Shown: piece by piece, positions 1-11,001 of the stretch
How the letters are laid out: the number at the start of each line of letters is the position of its first letter
Position numbering within the stretch: position 1 is the first letter of the stretch
The notes under the pieces: model-generated
The model's database searches: none
What the model was told of the DNA's origin: nothing
Seen by the model: only the letters and a program-made list of their open reading frames with translations
Assembly: GCA_964560435.1 (NCBI GenBank)
Contig: CAZLLK010000005.1
Span: 5,711-69,710, forward strand
DNA: 64,000 nucleotides
Source of the DNA: an uncultured Oscillospiraceae bacterium
GTDB taxonomy: Bacteria; Bacillota; Clostridia; Oscillospirales; Oscillospiraceae
Direction: 5' to 3'
Made by a program: the position numbers and the translations under genes

Positions 1-1
1 C

Positions 2-646
2 GTTGCGAAAAACGAGAGAACGCTGGTCACAACGCTCACCAAAAAAATGGCTGAGGATTTGACAACTTACCTCGGCGGAGCGGGAATTAAGTGCCGCTAT
101 ATGCACCACGACATTGACACAATCGAGCGTATGGCGATTATCCGCGATTTACGTCTGGGCGAATTCGATGCACTTATCGGCATCAACCTCCTGCGCGAAG
201 GTTTGGATTTGCCAGAGGTGTCACTGGTTGCGATTTTGGACGCCGACAAGGAAGGCTTTTTGCGAAGCGAAACGAGTCTTGTCCAAACCATCGGTCGTGC
301 CGCAAGAAACGCAGAGGGGCTTGTCATCATGTACGCCGACAAAGTAACCCGCTCCATGGATGCCGCAATTAGCGAAACAAACCGCCGACGTGAAAAGCAA
401 CACGCCTATAACATTGAGCATGGAATAACCCCAAAAACCATCATCAAATCTGTTCGAAATCTGCTTGAAATTTCCGGTAAAGCTGATGATGAGCGAACCG
501 AAACGGGCGTTAAAATGACAGCTTCCGAACGGCGTTTGCTGATAGATAAACTTGAAAAGCAGATGAAGGACGCGGCAAAAATGCTCGAGTTCGAAATCGC
601 GGCAGAGCTGAGAGACAGACTCGTTAAGCTACGCGGCGAAAAATAA
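2..646 (+). CDS. uvrB: Excinuclease ABC subunit B, C-terminal part (5' end outside window)
   Basis: The ORF is open from the window edge. It has helicase C-terminal motifs ([36 protein letters not shown]) and a terminal UVR domain ([13 protein letters not shown]). Confidence 0.93.
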   Translation, partial: VAKNERTLVTTLTKKMAEDLTTYLGGAGIKCRYMHHDIDTIERMAIIRDLRLGEFDALIGINLLREGLDLPEVSLVAILDADKEGFLRSETSLVQTIGRAARNAEGLVIMYADKVTRSMDAAISETNRRREKQHAYNIEHGITPKTIIKSVRNLLEISGKADDERTETGVKMTASERRLLIDKLEKQMKDAAKMLEFEIAAELRDRLVKLRGEK

Positions 647-700
647 AGGCGAAAGCACGACTGTTCACAGTACGTTATTACACTTAAAAGGAGCTAATAC

Positions 701-3259
701 ATGAAGCTCATGATTCTCGACGGCAACAGCATAGTAAACCGCACATTCTACGGTATTCGTATGCTGACAGCGCCGGACGGCACCCCCACAAACGGGATTT
801 ACGGTTTTCTGACGATCCTTCGCAAGCTCATAGAAGAGGAAAAGCCGCAGGCCGTGTGTGTGGCCTTTGACCTAAAAGCGCCCACCTTCCGCCATCTGCA
901 ATATGAAAACTACAAGGCTCAGCGCAAGGCAATGCCGGAGGATTTAGCGGTTCAGATACCAATTCTAAAAGAGGTGCTGGACTCCTTGGGTATTAAGCGT
1001 CTTGAGCTTGAAGGCTTTGAAGCCGACGACCTCATCGGCACAGTCAGCCGAATTTGCGGCGAAAGCGGCTATGAATGCGTCATCGTGACGGGCGACAAGG
1101 ATAGCTTTCAGCTTGTAACGAAAACCACTCATGTTAAGCACGTAAAAAGCCGCATGGGCAAAACCGAAACTGTGGAATATACTCCCGAGGTGTTTTTTGA
1201 AGAATACGGCTTTGAGCCGAAGAAGATAGTCGACCTCAAGGCACTCATGGGTGACGCGAGCGACAATATCCCCGGCGTTAAAGGCGTCGGAGAAAAAACC
1301 GCAATGGAGCTTATCCGCACCTATGGTACGCTTGAAAAAATTTACTCTGACATTTCCGCACTCGATATTAAGGACAGCGTTAAGACAAAGCTCACAGACG
1401 GTGAAGCTGATGCAAAAATGTCCTTTTCGCTTGCGACTATCGAAATAAACGCACCCATTGACTTTACGCCCGATAGCTGCATCTTCACCGGAGATTACAG
1501 TGGCGGCTACGCAATTTTCAGACAGCTGGGTTTTAATTCGCTCATCGAAAAATGGGGCATTACCGAAAAAGTGAACAGCGAAACTGCAAGCAAGTCGTCT
1601 TCTCTCCCTATCATCGACGTAACCGACGAAAACGAGCTGAATAAGCTTGCGGCAAAGCTTGAAGCTCTTCCCTATATCGCCGTTTTGCCACTCGACGGAA
1701 GCCTTGACGGACTGGAAATTTGCGACGGTGAAGCCGTATATATCCTTCGCTGGGCAAATCTCGGTGAAGGCTACAATAGCTTTTTAAAAGCACTGTTTTC
1801 TCAACAAGTTCACAAGCTTTCCCACAACAACAAGGATTTTATGAGTCTCATTTTGTCGGAAAATCTAGATTGCGGGGGTTTTGTCTTTGACACGGCGCTT
1901 TGTGCTTATCTGCTAGACCCCACGGAAAGCGGCTATGAGCTTGCGCGAATTTCCGCAAAATATTTGGGAGATGTAAAGCTCGGCACCGAGGCGATTTTTG
2001 AACTGTATCCCGTTCTTACGGAGCGGCTTAGCGCTGAAGGAATGACTGAGCTACTCGAAAAAATCGAGCTACCCCTCTGTGAAGTTATCGCCCACATGGA
2101 GAACAAAGGCTTTGCTGTTGACAAACCGGCTCTTTTTGAGTACGGAAAACAGCTTTCCGTCGGAATCGATGCTCTTCAAAAAGACATTTGGGCGCTTGCC
2201 GGAGAGGAATTCAACATCAATTCCCCGAAACAGCTCGGCGAAATCCTCTTTGAAAAGCTCATGCTTCCTTCCGGAAAGAAAACAAAAACCGGCTGGTCTA
2301 CAAATGCGGACGTTCTGGATAGTCTGCGCGGAAAGCATGAGATTATTGACAAAATCTCCGATTATCGTCAGCTCACAAAGCTAAAATCGACCTATGCGGA
2401 CGGTCTGATAAAGGTCATAGGTAAAGACGGACGAATTCATACGAGCTTTCAAATGACCGTTACCGCAACGGGCAGGCTCTCGTCCACAGAGCCAAATTTG
2501 CAGAACATTCCGGTTCGCACGGAGCTTGGCGCAGAACTGCGCAAAATGTTTATTGCATCGCACGGAAATGTGCTTGTCGATGCGGATTACAGCCAGATTG
2601 AGCTTCGTCTTCTTGCCCATATAAGCAACGACGAAACCATGAAAAACGCCTTTTTGAGTGGTGAGGACATTCACTCTGTCACGGCTTCGCAGGTTTTTGG
2701 CGTACCTCTGAACGAGGTTACAAAGCTTCAGCGTTCCCGCGCAAAGGCGGTCAATTTCGGCATTGTTTACGGCATTTCCGCCTTCTCGCTTTCACAGGAC
2801 ATCGGAGTTTTTCCGAATGAGGCAAAAACATATATCGAAACCTATCTTGAAAAGTACAACGGTGTACGCGAGTATATGGATAACATCAAGAAAAAGGCAA
2901 AGGAAGACGGGTATGTTACAACCCTTTTCGGACGCAGACGTCCCCTTCCGGAGCTTAGAGCTTCCAACTTCAACATTCGCTCCTTTGGTGAAAGAGTTGC
3001 GCTGAACACCCCCATTCAAGGCACGGCGGCAGACATAATCAAGCTTGCAATGGTTAACGTTCACCGTCGCATGGAGACTGAAGGCTTAGAGGCAAAGCTG
3101 ATACTGCAAATCCACGATGAGCTAATCGTGGAATGTCCGGAAAAGGAAGCCGAAACAGTTATTAAAATTCTGACGGAAGAGATGGAAAATGTCGTATCCT
3201 ACTCTGTTCCGCTGAATGTCGACGCGCATATCGGAAAAAGCTGGAGCGACGCGAAATAA
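701..3259 (+). CDS. polA: DNA polymerase I
   Basis: 852 aa. It has an N-terminal 5' nuclease domain and family A polymerase motifs (DYSQIELR, RSRAKAVNFGIVYG, QIHDEL). RBS AAAGGAG lies upstream of the ATG. Confidence 0.96.
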   Translation: MKLMILDGNSIVNRTFYGIRMLTAPDGTPTNGIYGFLTILRKLIEEEKPQAVCVAFDLKAPTFRHLQYENYKAQRKAMPEDLAVQIPILKEVLDSLGIKRLELEGFEADDLIGTVSRICGESGYECVIVTGDKDSFQLVTKTTHVKHVKSRMGKTETVEYTPEVFFEEYGFEPKKIVDLKALMGDASDNIPGVKGVGEKTAMELIRTYGTLEKIYSDISALDIKDSVKTKLTDGEADAKMSFSLATIEINAPIDFTPDSCIFTGDYSGGYAIFRQLGFNSLIEKWGITEKVNSETASKSSSLPIIDVTDENELNKLAAKLEALPYIAVLPLDGSLDGLEICDGEAVYILRWANLGEGYNSFLKALFSQQVHKLSHNNKDFMSLILSENLDCGGFVFDTALCAYLLDPTESGYELARISAKYLGDVKLGTEAIFELYPVLTERLSAEGMTELLEKIELPLCEVIAHMENKGFAVDKPALFEYGKQLSVGIDALQKDIWALAGEEFNINSPKQLGEILFEKLMLPSGKKTKTGWSTNADVLDSLRGKHEIIDKISDYRQLTKLKSTYADGLIKVIGKDGRIHTSFQMTVTATGRLSSTEPNLQNIPVRTELGAELRKMFIASHGNVLVDADYSQIELRLLAHISNDETMKNAFLSGEDIHSVTASQVFGVPLNEVTKLQRSRAKAVNFGIVYGISAFSLSQDIGVFPNEAKTYIETYLEKYNGVREYMDNIKKKAKEDGYVTTLFGRRRPLPELRASNFNIRSFGERVALNTPIQGTAADIIKLAMVNVHRRMETEGLEAKLILQIHDELIVECPEKEAETVIKILTEEMENVVSYSVPLNVDAHIGKSWSDAK

Positions 3260-3286
3260 ATTGCGCGTCATAATTGAGGTCAAAAG

Positions 3287-3745
3287 ATGATAATTACAGA
3301 CGTTAATTCTTCGCATCTTGATGAAATTCAGGCAATTGAAAACGAGTGCTTTTCTCTGCCGTGGCATCGTGCAGCCCTCGAAAACCAAATAATTGCGTCA
3401 AACTGCATATTTCTCGCTGCCTTAGACAACGACGGAGCCGTTATGGGTTACATCGGTATGATGCTCGTCATTGACGAGGGCTACATATCGAACATCGCAG
3501 TTTCACCCGAATTTCGGCGGCGCGGCGTTGCGGATGCGCTGATTTGTGCGCTCATTGAGCGCGCAAAAGAGTCCTTAGCCTTTCTTACGCTTGAGGTTCG
3601 AGAGAGCAATCACCCAGCAGTTTATCTTTACACTAAGCACGGCTTTGAAGTCGTTGGCAAACGCAAAAACTACTATGACAAGCCAAAGGAAAATGCACTC
3701 CTTATGACTTTGTTCTTCAAAAGAGAGGAATGTTCCCCATGCTAA
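3287..3745 (+). CDS. rimI: Ribosomal-protein-alanine N-acetyltransferase (GNAT)
   Basis: 152 aa GNAT fold (VSPEFRRRGVADAL). It sits directly upstream of tsaD and overlaps it, which is the usual rimI context. Confidence 0.8.
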   Translation: MIITDVNSSHLDEIQAIENECFSLPWHRAALENQIIASNCIFLAALDNDGAVMGYIGMMLVIDEGYISNIAVSPEFRRRGVADALICALIERAKESLAFLTLEVRESNHPAVYLYTKHGFEVVGKRKNYYDKPKENALLMTLFFKREECSPC

Positions 3746-3747
3746 TA

Positions 3748-4740
3748 ATGTCAATTGAGAGCACCTGCGACGAAACCGCCGTAGCAATAACCGAAAACGG
3801 TAGAAAAGTGCTCACGGATCAAATTTTTTCACAGGCTGACCTACACGCAGTCTATGGCGGAGTTGTGCCAGAAATCGCTTCGCGTTCTCATGTCGAAGTA
3901 ATTTCGCAGCTCTCCGAACGTGCGCTGACGGTGGCGGGCATTACGAAAAAAGACCTCGGCGCAGTTGCGGTTTCTTATGCTCCCGGTCTTATTGGAGCTG
4001 TTCTGGTGGGTGTGAATTTTGCAAAGTCCGTCGCTCTTGCGCTGGATATTCCGCTCATACCCGTCCACCACATCAAGGGTCACATCGCAGCGAATTACAT
4101 TGCTTTTCCAGAGCTTGAGCCGCCGTTTCTCTGCCTTGCGATATCGGGCGGAAACACGATGCTTGTCGATGTCCGCGGCTATACGGACATGAAAATTATC
4201 GGTGCAACACGCGACGACGCGGCAGGCGAATGCTTTGACAAAACGGCGCGAGTTCTTGGGCTTCCCTATCCCGGTGGCAAGCACGTTGACGCGCTTGCAA
4301 AATCGGGCGACGACTCAAAGTACGCACTCCCACGCTCACACGTTGAGGGTAATCCCTATGACATGAGTTTTTCTGGTCTGAAAACCTCTGTCGTCAATCT
4401 CGTACACAACACGGAGCAAAAAGGTGAGCCGCTCGACAGAGAATCTCTCTGTGCCTCCTTCACCCGAGCCGTTAGCGATAGTCTTATTCCTCGCACGATG
4501 CAGCTCGCGCGTGAGCTGGGCTACAAAAAGATAGCCGTCGCCGGCGGTGTTGCCGCAAACTCACGCATACGCGAGGATTTTCGCGTTGCCGCCGAAAAAG
4601 AGGGCGCACAGCTCTTTATTCCCCCGCTCTCCCTCTGCGGTGACAACGGTGCAATGATTGGCTGTCAGGGATATTACGAGTATCTGTCCGGAGCAAGAGC
4701 CGGAAGTGACCTAAACGCATACGCAAATATGGAGTTATAA
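3748..4740 (+). CDS. tsaD: tRNA N6-adenosine threonylcarbamoyltransferase
   Basis: Kae1/TsaD signature (SIESTCDETAVAI, HHIKGHI, GGVAANS). I place the start at the internal Met of the 3730 ORF (MSIES...). Confidence 0.93.
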   Translation: MSIESTCDETAVAITENGRKVLTDQIFSQADLHAVYGGVVPEIASRSHVEVISQLSERALTVAGITKKDLGAVAVSYAPGLIGAVLVGVNFAKSVALALDIPLIPVHHIKGHIAANYIAFPELEPPFLCLAISGGNTMLVDVRGYTDMKIIGATRDDAAGECFDKTARVLGLPYPGGKHVDALAKSGDDSKYALPRSHVEGNPYDMSFSGLKTSVVNLVHNTEQKGEPLDRESLCASFTRAVSDSLIPRTMQLARELGYKKIAVAGGVAANSRIREDFRVAAEKEGAQLFIPPLSLCGDNGAMIGCQGYYEYLSGARAGSDLNAYANMEL

Positions 4741-5171
4741 TGCAAATGGATATGACTATGGAAATAATCACTCATACTGTTGAGGAAACCGAGCTGGCAG
4801 GTCAGGCGCTTGCCAAAACGCTTTCGCCATACGCCGTCGTCGCACTATTCGGCGACCTTGGCGCGGGCAAAACGGCCTTTGTACGCGGAATGGCGCGCGG
4901 GCTTGACTCAACGAACCGCGTTACAAGCCCCACCTTTACCATTGTCAACGAATACAGCGGGAATCTAGAGCTTTTTCACTTTGATATGTACCGCCTTGGC
5001 AGTTCCGATGAGCTTTTCGACATCGGCTGGGAAGACTATCTCGCGAGAGGCGGCGTCTGTGTCGTCGAATGGAGCGAAAACGTCAGCGACGCTTTCGACG
5101 GCACCGAGACAAAGGTAACCATCGATAAGCTGTCGGACACCGAGCGAAAAATCACCATTAAGAACTCCTAG
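4740..5171 (+). CDS. tsaE: tRNA t6A biosynthesis ATPase TsaE
   Basis: 143 aa with P-loop [13 protein letters not shown] and the [11 protein letters not shown] motif. Its ATG overlaps the tsaD stop (TAATG). Confidence 0.9.
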   Translation: MQMDMTMEIITHTVEETELAGQALAKTLSPYAVVALFGDLGAGKTAFVRGMARGLDSTNRVTSPTFTIVNEYSGNLELFHFDMYRLGSSDELFDIGWEDYLARGGVCVVEWSENVSDAFDGTETKVTIDKLSDTERKITIKNS

Positions 5172-5316
5172 TAGGAAAGTTCAAATCAAGTTCAAGCTTC
5201 ACAATCTCAAGTGCGTGTTGCTCATCTCACAGGCAACAACAGCACTTGCACAATTTTGACCTTTCAATTTTTGGTCATTTTGTGACTTGAAAGCAGTGAA
5301 AGGAATGGTCATAATC

Positions 5317-6015
5317 ATGCGAATATTAGGAATTGAATCAAGTGCAAAATCCGCCTCCGTCGCTATCTGCGACGAAAACGGACTTGTTTCACAATATTAT
5401 CAAAACAGTGGCTTAACACACAGCCGCACCCTGCTTCCCATGGCGGAAGATATGCTTAAAAATCTGTCGATGACCATTGCAGACATCGACCTTATCGCCG
5501 TTGCACAAGGCCCCGGCTCTTTTACGGGCGTGCGTATCGGCGTTTCAGCCGTAAAGGGTCTTGCCTGGGCGGCGGAGAAACCCGTCTGTGGAGTTTCAAC
5601 CCTGCTTGCGATGGCCTATAACGGTGTCGCCGCGCCCGAGGGCAGCATTATCTGTTGTGTTATGGACGCAAAACGCGGTCAGTTTTACAATGCACTTTTC
5701 ATCATGAGGGACGGAATTCCTGTTCGCTTTTGTGAGGATAGAGCAATAAGCACCGCAAAATTAGTAGAAGATATAGAAAATCTAAATAAATCCGTCTTTA
5801 TTGTTGGAGATGGTGCCGCAATGTGTTATAATGCATTGGAAAATTTCGAAGTGAATGCAATTCTCGCGCCCGAACCTATGCGTTATCAATCGGCATGGGG
5901 TGTTTGTACAGCGGCAAAGCGAGAACCTGCACAGTCTGTTCATGAGCTTCTGCCGGTATATCTGCGACTAAGTCAAGCAGAAAGGGAACGGCAGGAAAGA
6001 GTCTTCGGAAAATAA
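5317..6015 (+). CDS. tsaB: tRNA t6A biosynthesis protein TsaB
   Basis: MRILGIESSAKSASVAI, GPGSFTGVRIG. The start is taken at the ATG that follows AAAGGA, not at the upstream TTG of the ORF track. Confidence 0.88.
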   Translation: MRILGIESSAKSASVAICDENGLVSQYYQNSGLTHSRTLLPMAEDMLKNLSMTIADIDLIAVAQGPGSFTGVRIGVSAVKGLAWAAEKPVCGVSTLLAMAYNGVAAPEGSIICCVMDAKRGQFYNALFIMRDGIPVRFCEDRAISTAKLVEDIENLNKSVFIVGDGAAMCYNALENFEVNAILAPEPMRYQSAWGVCTAAKREPAQSVHELLPVYLRLSQAERERQERVFGK

Positions 6016-6050
6016 GTGTTTTTAATACAAAAGAATAAAGGGAGATTTTT

Positions 6051-6680
6051 ATGAGTAAAGTTACTGTTTTCGACCATCCTCTCATCCAACATAAGCTTTC
6101 CATTATGCGTGAGAAGGACACAAGCGTTAAAGAATTCCGTGAGCTGGTTTCCGAAGTTGCAACACTTATGTGCTATGAAGCCACACGCGACCTTCCTCTT
6201 GAGGAAGTCGAAATTGAAACACCGGTTGCCATTACAAAGGTTAAGCGCATCGCAGGCAAAAAGCTTGCAGTTGTCCCCATTCTCCGTGCAGGTCTCGGCA
6301 TGGTAGACGGTATGCTTACAATGGTTCCCAACGCAAAGGTCGGACATATCGGACTTTACCGTGACCCCGATACTCTTCTCCCTGTGAAATATTACTGCAA
6401 AATGCCTAAGGACATTGCCGAGCGCGATGTTATCATCGTTGACCCCATGCTGGCAACAGGCGGAAGTGCAACTGCGGCCATCACCTTCATCAAGGAATAC
6501 GGCTGCAAGCATATTAAGCTCATGTCCATAATCGGCGCTCCTGAGGGCCTTAAAAAGGTTCAAGACGAGCATCCCGATGTTGAAATCTATGTTGCCGCGA
6601 TGGACGAGCGTTTGAACGAGCACGGCTACATCGTTCCCGGTCTTGGCGATGCAGGCGATAGAATTTTCGGTACAAAATAA
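6051..6680 (+). CDS. upp: Uracil phosphoribosyltransferase
   Basis: 209 aa with the PRPP-binding motif [13 protein letters not shown] and the C-terminal [17 protein letters not shown]. Confidence 0.95.
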   Translation: MSKVTVFDHPLIQHKLSIMREKDTSVKEFRELVSEVATLMCYEATRDLPLEEVEIETPVAITKVKRIAGKKLAVVPILRAGLGMVDGMLTMVPNAKVGHIGLYRDPDTLLPVKYYCKMPKDIAERDVIIVDPMLATGGSATAAITFIKEYGCKHIKLMSIIGAPEGLKKVQDEHPDVEIYVAAMDERLNEHGYIVPGLGDAGDRIFGTK

Positions 6681-6750
6681 ATTCAAATAACCACCTCGAA
6701 AGAGTTACAGGGCGTTGCCGCTTTGCGGTGACGCCCTCAAAACAGGAGAA

Positions 6751-7884
6751 ATGATGAACAAACTATTTAACAGCGATATTTCGACGGATAGAATTGAGCA
6801 GTGGAGAGCCGACGGGAAGAAGGCTCTTGGCATCGTATGCTGCCATGTGCCGTTCGAGCTTCTGCACGCGGCAGACGCTCTTCCCGTAAGACTTAGAGCG
6901 ACCGCCTGCAAGGATTGCAGCGAGGGCGAAGCCTGCATGGGCAACGAGAGCTGCGGTTTCACAAAGGCAATTCTTCAATACCTCATCGAGGGCAAATATG
7001 ACCTTGATGGGCTTGTAACCTCCAACGGGTGCGGTACTGCGCCCGGAATAATCACGAACTGGAAGAAAATTACTGAACGCAACAATAAAGAACAATTTCT
7101 GTACGAAATCGAAGCTCCGCGCATGATGAACTCCAGCTCCTGCAAGTATTTCCACAGTGAGCTTGACGAACTGCGCGAGGGACTTGAAAAGTTCACGGGA
7201 GTTGAGCTTACAAACGAAAGACTCAAAAAAAGCGTTGACACTTATAATGAGGCAAGGCGGCTTGTAAAGCAGGTTTATGACCTGCACAAGGCCGAGTTCC
7301 CCGTGGTAAGCGGCGCAGAAACCTTAAGAATTACTCTTGCGGCAACCGAAATGCCGATTGAGGAATATGTGGAGTTTCTGAAGACTGTTCTGGCGGACTT
7401 GAAAAATCGTGAGCCAATCACGAATTTCAAGGCTCGTGTAATGCTGGTCGGAAGTGCAATCGATGATCCCGAATACGTTAAGGCAATTGAGGACTTGGGG
7501 CTTCTTGTCGTTGCCGATTTGAACAGCTTCGGCATCAGGTTCTTACGTGACGAAATTCCTTACAACGACGCTGATGTCCTTGGCTCAATTGCGGAATACT
7601 ACCTTGTTCGCTCGTCCTGCCCCCGCATGATAGATGATAGCGACGACACGCATGAATACATTTTTTCCACTGTTAAGGAATACAATGTCGACGGCGTTAT
7701 TATAGTAAGCATGAAAAACTGCGGCAAGTGGGAAACCGAAACCTTTGTCCTCGAGGCTCTCTTTAAAGAAGCCGATATCCCGCACCTTTCAATGGAACGT
7801 CAGGTGCAGATGTCGCAGCAAGGTCAGCTTGCAATTCGAGTTGAAGCTTTTAGAGAACTGCTTGAAAACAGAAAAGACAGCTAA
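6751..7884 (+). CDS. 2-hydroxyacyl-CoA dehydratase / BcrC-BadD-HgdB family subunit (orphan copy)
   Basis: Cys-rich N-terminal region (ALGIVCCHVPFELLHAADALPVRL). It is a clear paralogue of 36268..37398. The start is taken at ATGATG after AGGAG. No partner subunit lies adjacent. Confidence 0.7.
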   Translation: MMNKLFNSDISTDRIEQWRADGKKALGIVCCHVPFELLHAADALPVRLRATACKDCSEGEACMGNESCGFTKAILQYLIEGKYDLDGLVTSNGCGTAPGIITNWKKITERNNKEQFLYEIEAPRMMNSSSCKYFHSELDELREGLEKFTGVELTNERLKKSVDTYNEARRLVKQVYDLHKAEFPVVSGAETLRITLAATEMPIEEYVEFLKTVLADLKNREPITNFKARVMLVGSAIDDPEYVKAIEDLGLLVVADLNSFGIRFLRDEIPYNDADVLGSIAEYYLVRSSCPRMIDDSDDTHEYIFSTVKEYNVDGVIIVSMKNCGKWETETFVLEALFKEADIPHLSMERQVQMSQQGQLAIRVEAFRELLENRKDS

Positions 7885-7887
7885 ACC

Positions 7888-7923
7888 AAAAAGCGAGTGG
7901 AGGAAATTCCACTCGCTTTTATT
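7888..7923 (+). terminator. Rho-independent terminator
   Basis: GCGAGTGG / CCACTCGC stem with an 8 nt loop, followed by TTTTATT. Confidence 0.75.
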
Positions 7924-8005
7924 ATATGCTCATATTTCTTCGAAACACTTTTTTGTCGCTTCCACATCACATCTAATGTGAAGTTGACCGTGCTCAAAAT
8001 GTGTT

Positions 8006-8500
8006 TTATAGCTTCCACCAAACAGATTCGTCTCTTTTCGTTTCAACAAATCCGCAACGAATAAGGATGTTCTGCGACGGGGCGTTATCCAAATCGGTCT
8101 CCGCAATTACGTGCAAAACGTCCTTCTGCGACTTTGCCCACGAACACATTGCCGCAACCGCTTCGGTCATATAACCGTTATGCTCATATTCTTTGCCAAG
8201 CCCGTAACCAATTTCGACCTCACCGTTTTCGTCGGGACCGCTCTTAAAATCGGCAGAACCAACAACCGTTCTGTCGCTCCGTCTTATCAGAAGCCAGAAG
8301 CTATGCCAATAATATTCGGGCGCATTCTCCTCGGTCAAAACAGCCTGTCCCTCAACGATTTTCCGAAAAAAGCCCTCAATCGGTTCGGCTTTATATGAAC
8401 AGTTCAGCTCTTTTTCAAGCGTGGAAATATCTTCGAGCCAAAGTCTAATTTGTCGTGCATCAAGTACGGCAAGCTCAAGCCGTTCGGTATTTACAATCAT
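8006..8500 (-). CDS. GNAT family N-acetyltransferase (RimJ/RimL-like)
   Basis: 164 aa with the acetyltransferase core (EIGYGLGKEYEHNGYMTEAV). Confidence 0.7.
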   Translation of the reverse strand: MIVNTERLELAVLDARQIRLWLEDISTLEKELNCSYKAEPIEGFFRKIVEGQAVLTEENAPEYYWHSFWLLIRRSDRTVVGSADFKSGPDENGEVEIGYGLGKEYEHNGYMTEAVAAMCSWAKSQKDVLHVIAETDLDNAPSQNILIRCGFVETKRDESVWWKL

Positions 8501-8502
8501 AG

Positions 8503-9351
8503 TTACTCCTGAAAGTGAACGTGGCTGTTGATGTGGTCAATACAGAAGCAGTGATACCCGCCGCATTTGGAGCAAAAGCGGAACTCAAGGTCAGGATTTG
8601 TCCTGTCTGTTCTTCCGCAAACTTCGCATTTGCGGTTATACGGCTTGCTTGCCTGTTCTTTATTGAATTTTTTTGCAGCTTGCTTGAAATTTATCGTCTT
8701 CTGTTTCTGCTGAATTCGGGACGGACGTAGCAAATCAAACAGCCAGTCACCGCAGAACAAGAGGTAGTTAAGTACCGCAACAATCGGCAAAAGATTCGCA
8801 GGGAATGAAGTCGTTATTACTGCAAAGAGGAAAAGTGCCGCTTCAAAGTAGGCAAGCCACTTGATTTTTAAGGGTATAATTACTAGTAGAATCATTGTAT
8901 CAGGAAACAGCGTCGCAAACGCGAAGAGCATTGACAGGTTGAGATACATTGGGTCGATTTCCATGTTCTTACCAGTTATGAGCCACATAAGCGTGCAGAA
9001 AATAATATTAACCAGCATTCCACTCAGATAGTATATCGTGAACTTTCCCGAGCCCCATTGACGTTCAAGCGTGCTTCCTATCCAATAGTAAAAATAGAGT
9101 GCAAGGGCAAGCCACAATATCGAAAACGTGGACGGAACAAGGGCAAACGTTACAAGTCTCCAAATCTGTCCCTGTGTAAAAATCTCCGCAGCGTTGAATT
9201 CTAGAAGATGAATAAACGCCCCTGACCTGTCTGCCATACCGAAGAAAAACACGATAGCATTTCCGATAATGATGTACAGCATTAGGTTTTTTATCCCAAA
9301 GCGCGGGTGTGTAAGGCAAAAGCGGTCGATACGCCGCATAATACTTCTCAT
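8503..9351 (-). CDS. Rhomboid-like polytopic membrane protein with C-terminal zinc ribbon
   Basis: The QIWRLVTFALVP...WIGSTLERQWGSGKF segment resembles rhomboid TM2-TM3. I could not see a clear GxSG catalytic motif. The C-terminus has CEVCG...CSKCG...C.C..H. The start is taken at the ATG 8 nt after GGAGGG. Confidence 0.4.
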   Translation of the reverse strand: MRSIMRRIDRFCLTHPRFGIKNLMLYIIIGNAIVFFFGMADRSGAFIHLLEFNAAEIFTQGQIWRLVTFALVPSTFSILWLALALYFYYWIGSTLERQWGSGKFTIYYLSGMLVNIIFCTLMWLITGKNMEIDPMYLNLSMLFAFATLFPDTMILLVIIPLKIKWLAYFEAALFLFAVITTSFPANLLPIVAVLNYLLFCGDWLFDLLRPSRIQQKQKTINFKQAAKKFNKEQASKPYNRKCEVCGRTDRTNPDLEFRFCSKCGGYHCFCIDHINSHVHFQE

Positions 9352-9626
9352 AAGTGTAATTCCCTCCAACTGGAATATTTTGCACTGATTTTCTATAAGA
9401 TGATACCCTGTTTTGCGAAGGGTGTCTATGATAATTTTGTAAATTCGGGTGGATTTTCCGTAAAAAACAGAATTTCTTTAAAATATTACACTTTAAGTCC
9501 TGCGAAATTTGTGCTATCATATGTTAGCTTATTATGCAGTAATGCTATATTTCTATAAACGGATAAAATAACAGCTCAAAAAATGTCACCACTTCATATA
9601 TATACAGAAAAGAAAAGGAGTATATC

Positions 9627-10823
9627 ATGCAGAAAAAAATTACAAACAGAGTTTTCACTTCTGAGTCCGTCACCGAAGGTCATCCCGACAAAATGTGCGA
9701 CCAGATTTCCGACGCTGTTCTCGACACAATACTTGAAAAAGACAAAAAGGCACGCGTTGCCTGTGAATGTATTGCAACGACCGGTATGGTCGTCGTCTTT
9801 GGTGAGATTACAACCGATTGCTATGTAGACATTCCCTCCATCGTCCGCAAAACCGTTGATGAAATCGGCTATAACAATCCCGAATACGGCTTTGACAGCA
9901 AAACCTGCGCTGTTCTCACCTCCATTGATGAGCAAAGCTCGGATATTGCAATGGGCGTTGACAAGGCTCTCGAATCAAAAGAGGGCGAAAAGGATTTCGA
10001 CGAGGACACGGGTGCCGGCGATCAAGGCATGATGTTCGGCTTTGCCTGTGATGAAACCCAAGAGCTAATGCCCGCACCGATTTCACTTGCACACAAGCTC
10101 GCACGCCGTCTTGCGGAAGTTCGCAAAAGCGGTGAGCTGACCTGGCTTCGTCCCGATGGCAAAACTCAGGTTACCGTTCAGTACGGCCCCGACGGGTGCG
10201 TTGAGCGTATCCCCGCAATTGTCGTTTCAACTCAGCACGCAGACAGCATCAGCTCTAAGGATTTGCGCGAGGCCATAATGGAATGTGTCATTAAGCCCAT
10301 TATCCCCGCTCATCTCATCGATAACGACACCAAGTATTTCGTAAACCCCACAGGGCGCTTTGTAATCGGCGGCCCTGTCGGCGATTCAGGACTTACGGGA
10401 CGTAAAATCATCGTTGACACTTACGGCGGCTATGCCTCCCACGGTGGCGGTTGTTTTTCCGGAAAAGACCCCACAAAGGTCGACAGAAGCGCAGCCTATA
10501 TGGCTCGCTACGCCGCGAAGGACATTGTTGCAGCAGGGCTTGCAAAGCGCTGCCAGATTGAGATTGCCTACGCTATCGGCGTTGCCAGCCCCGTTTCCGT
10601 CGTTGTAGACACTCAGGGTACAGGCGTAGTTTCGGACGAGCGTCTTGCCGAAATCATATTCGAAAGCTTTGACCTTCGTCCGGCAAAAATCATCCAAAAG
10701 CTCGACCTTCTCCGTCCAATTTACCGTCAGACGGCGGCTTACGGTCACTTTGGCAGAAGCGACATTGACCTTCCTTGGGAGCGCACAGACATGGTCGAGG
10801 AGCTGCGCGATCGCGCGAAATAA
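9627..10823 (+). CDS. metK: S-adenosylmethionine synthase
   Basis: 398 aa with [17 protein letters not shown] and [27 protein letters not shown]. Confidence 0.96.
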   Translation: MQKKITNRVFTSESVTEGHPDKMCDQISDAVLDTILEKDKKARVACECIATTGMVVVFGEITTDCYVDIPSIVRKTVDEIGYNNPEYGFDSKTCAVLTSIDEQSSDIAMGVDKALESKEGEKDFDEDTGAGDQGMMFGFACDETQELMPAPISLAHKLARRLAEVRKSGELTWLRPDGKTQVTVQYGPDGCVERIPAIVVSTQHADSISSKDLREAIMECVIKPIIPAHLIDNDTKYFVNPTGRFVIGGPVGDSGLTGRKIIVDTYGGYASHGGGCFSGKDPTKVDRSAAYMARYAAKDIVAAGLAKRCQIEIAYAIGVASPVSVVVDTQGTGVVSDERLAEIIFESFDLRPAKIIQKLDLLRPIYRQTAAYGHFGRSDIDLPWERTDMVEELRDRAK

Positions 10824-11001
10824 ATTTGCGTTCACCGCATTCCGAAACTAATATGGATTTGGAGATAAGCTTGAATCAAATTTACCTCATACGCCAATTG
10901 CTCGCCGCTGAAGCGGCAACCGCAATTCATTCGAAAAACGACCACTCTTATTAAGGTTGTTTTGCTCGTATTGAATGCATCGAAAGGAATGGTCACACGC
11001 A

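Noticed and set aside
97-421. Overlapping ORFs on both strands inside uvrB, with similar ones inside polA, metK, the EF-G paralogue, GH3 and others
   Set aside because: All lie within well-supported longer genes and lack independent signals. I treat them as frame shadows.
5209-5254. Hairpin between tsaE and tsaB as an internal terminator
   Set aside because: The stem is imperfect (CAAGTGC-GTGTTGC / GCAACA-ACA-GCACTTG) with a bulge and no following T tract. Evidence is insufficient to call it.
3287-6015. Unusual order rimI-tsaD-tsaE-tsaB
   Set aside because: It is permuted relative to the Bacillus order, but all four genes are present and adjacent. This is a synteny variant, not a novelty.
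9370-9626. Possible SAM (S-box) riboswitch upstream of metK
   Set aside because: I read the 257 nt leader on the plus strand. I found none of the conserved S-box elements, no kink-turn or GGTGCTAATTCC-like core, and no terminator/antiterminator pair. It looks like an ordinary AT-rich promoter region.
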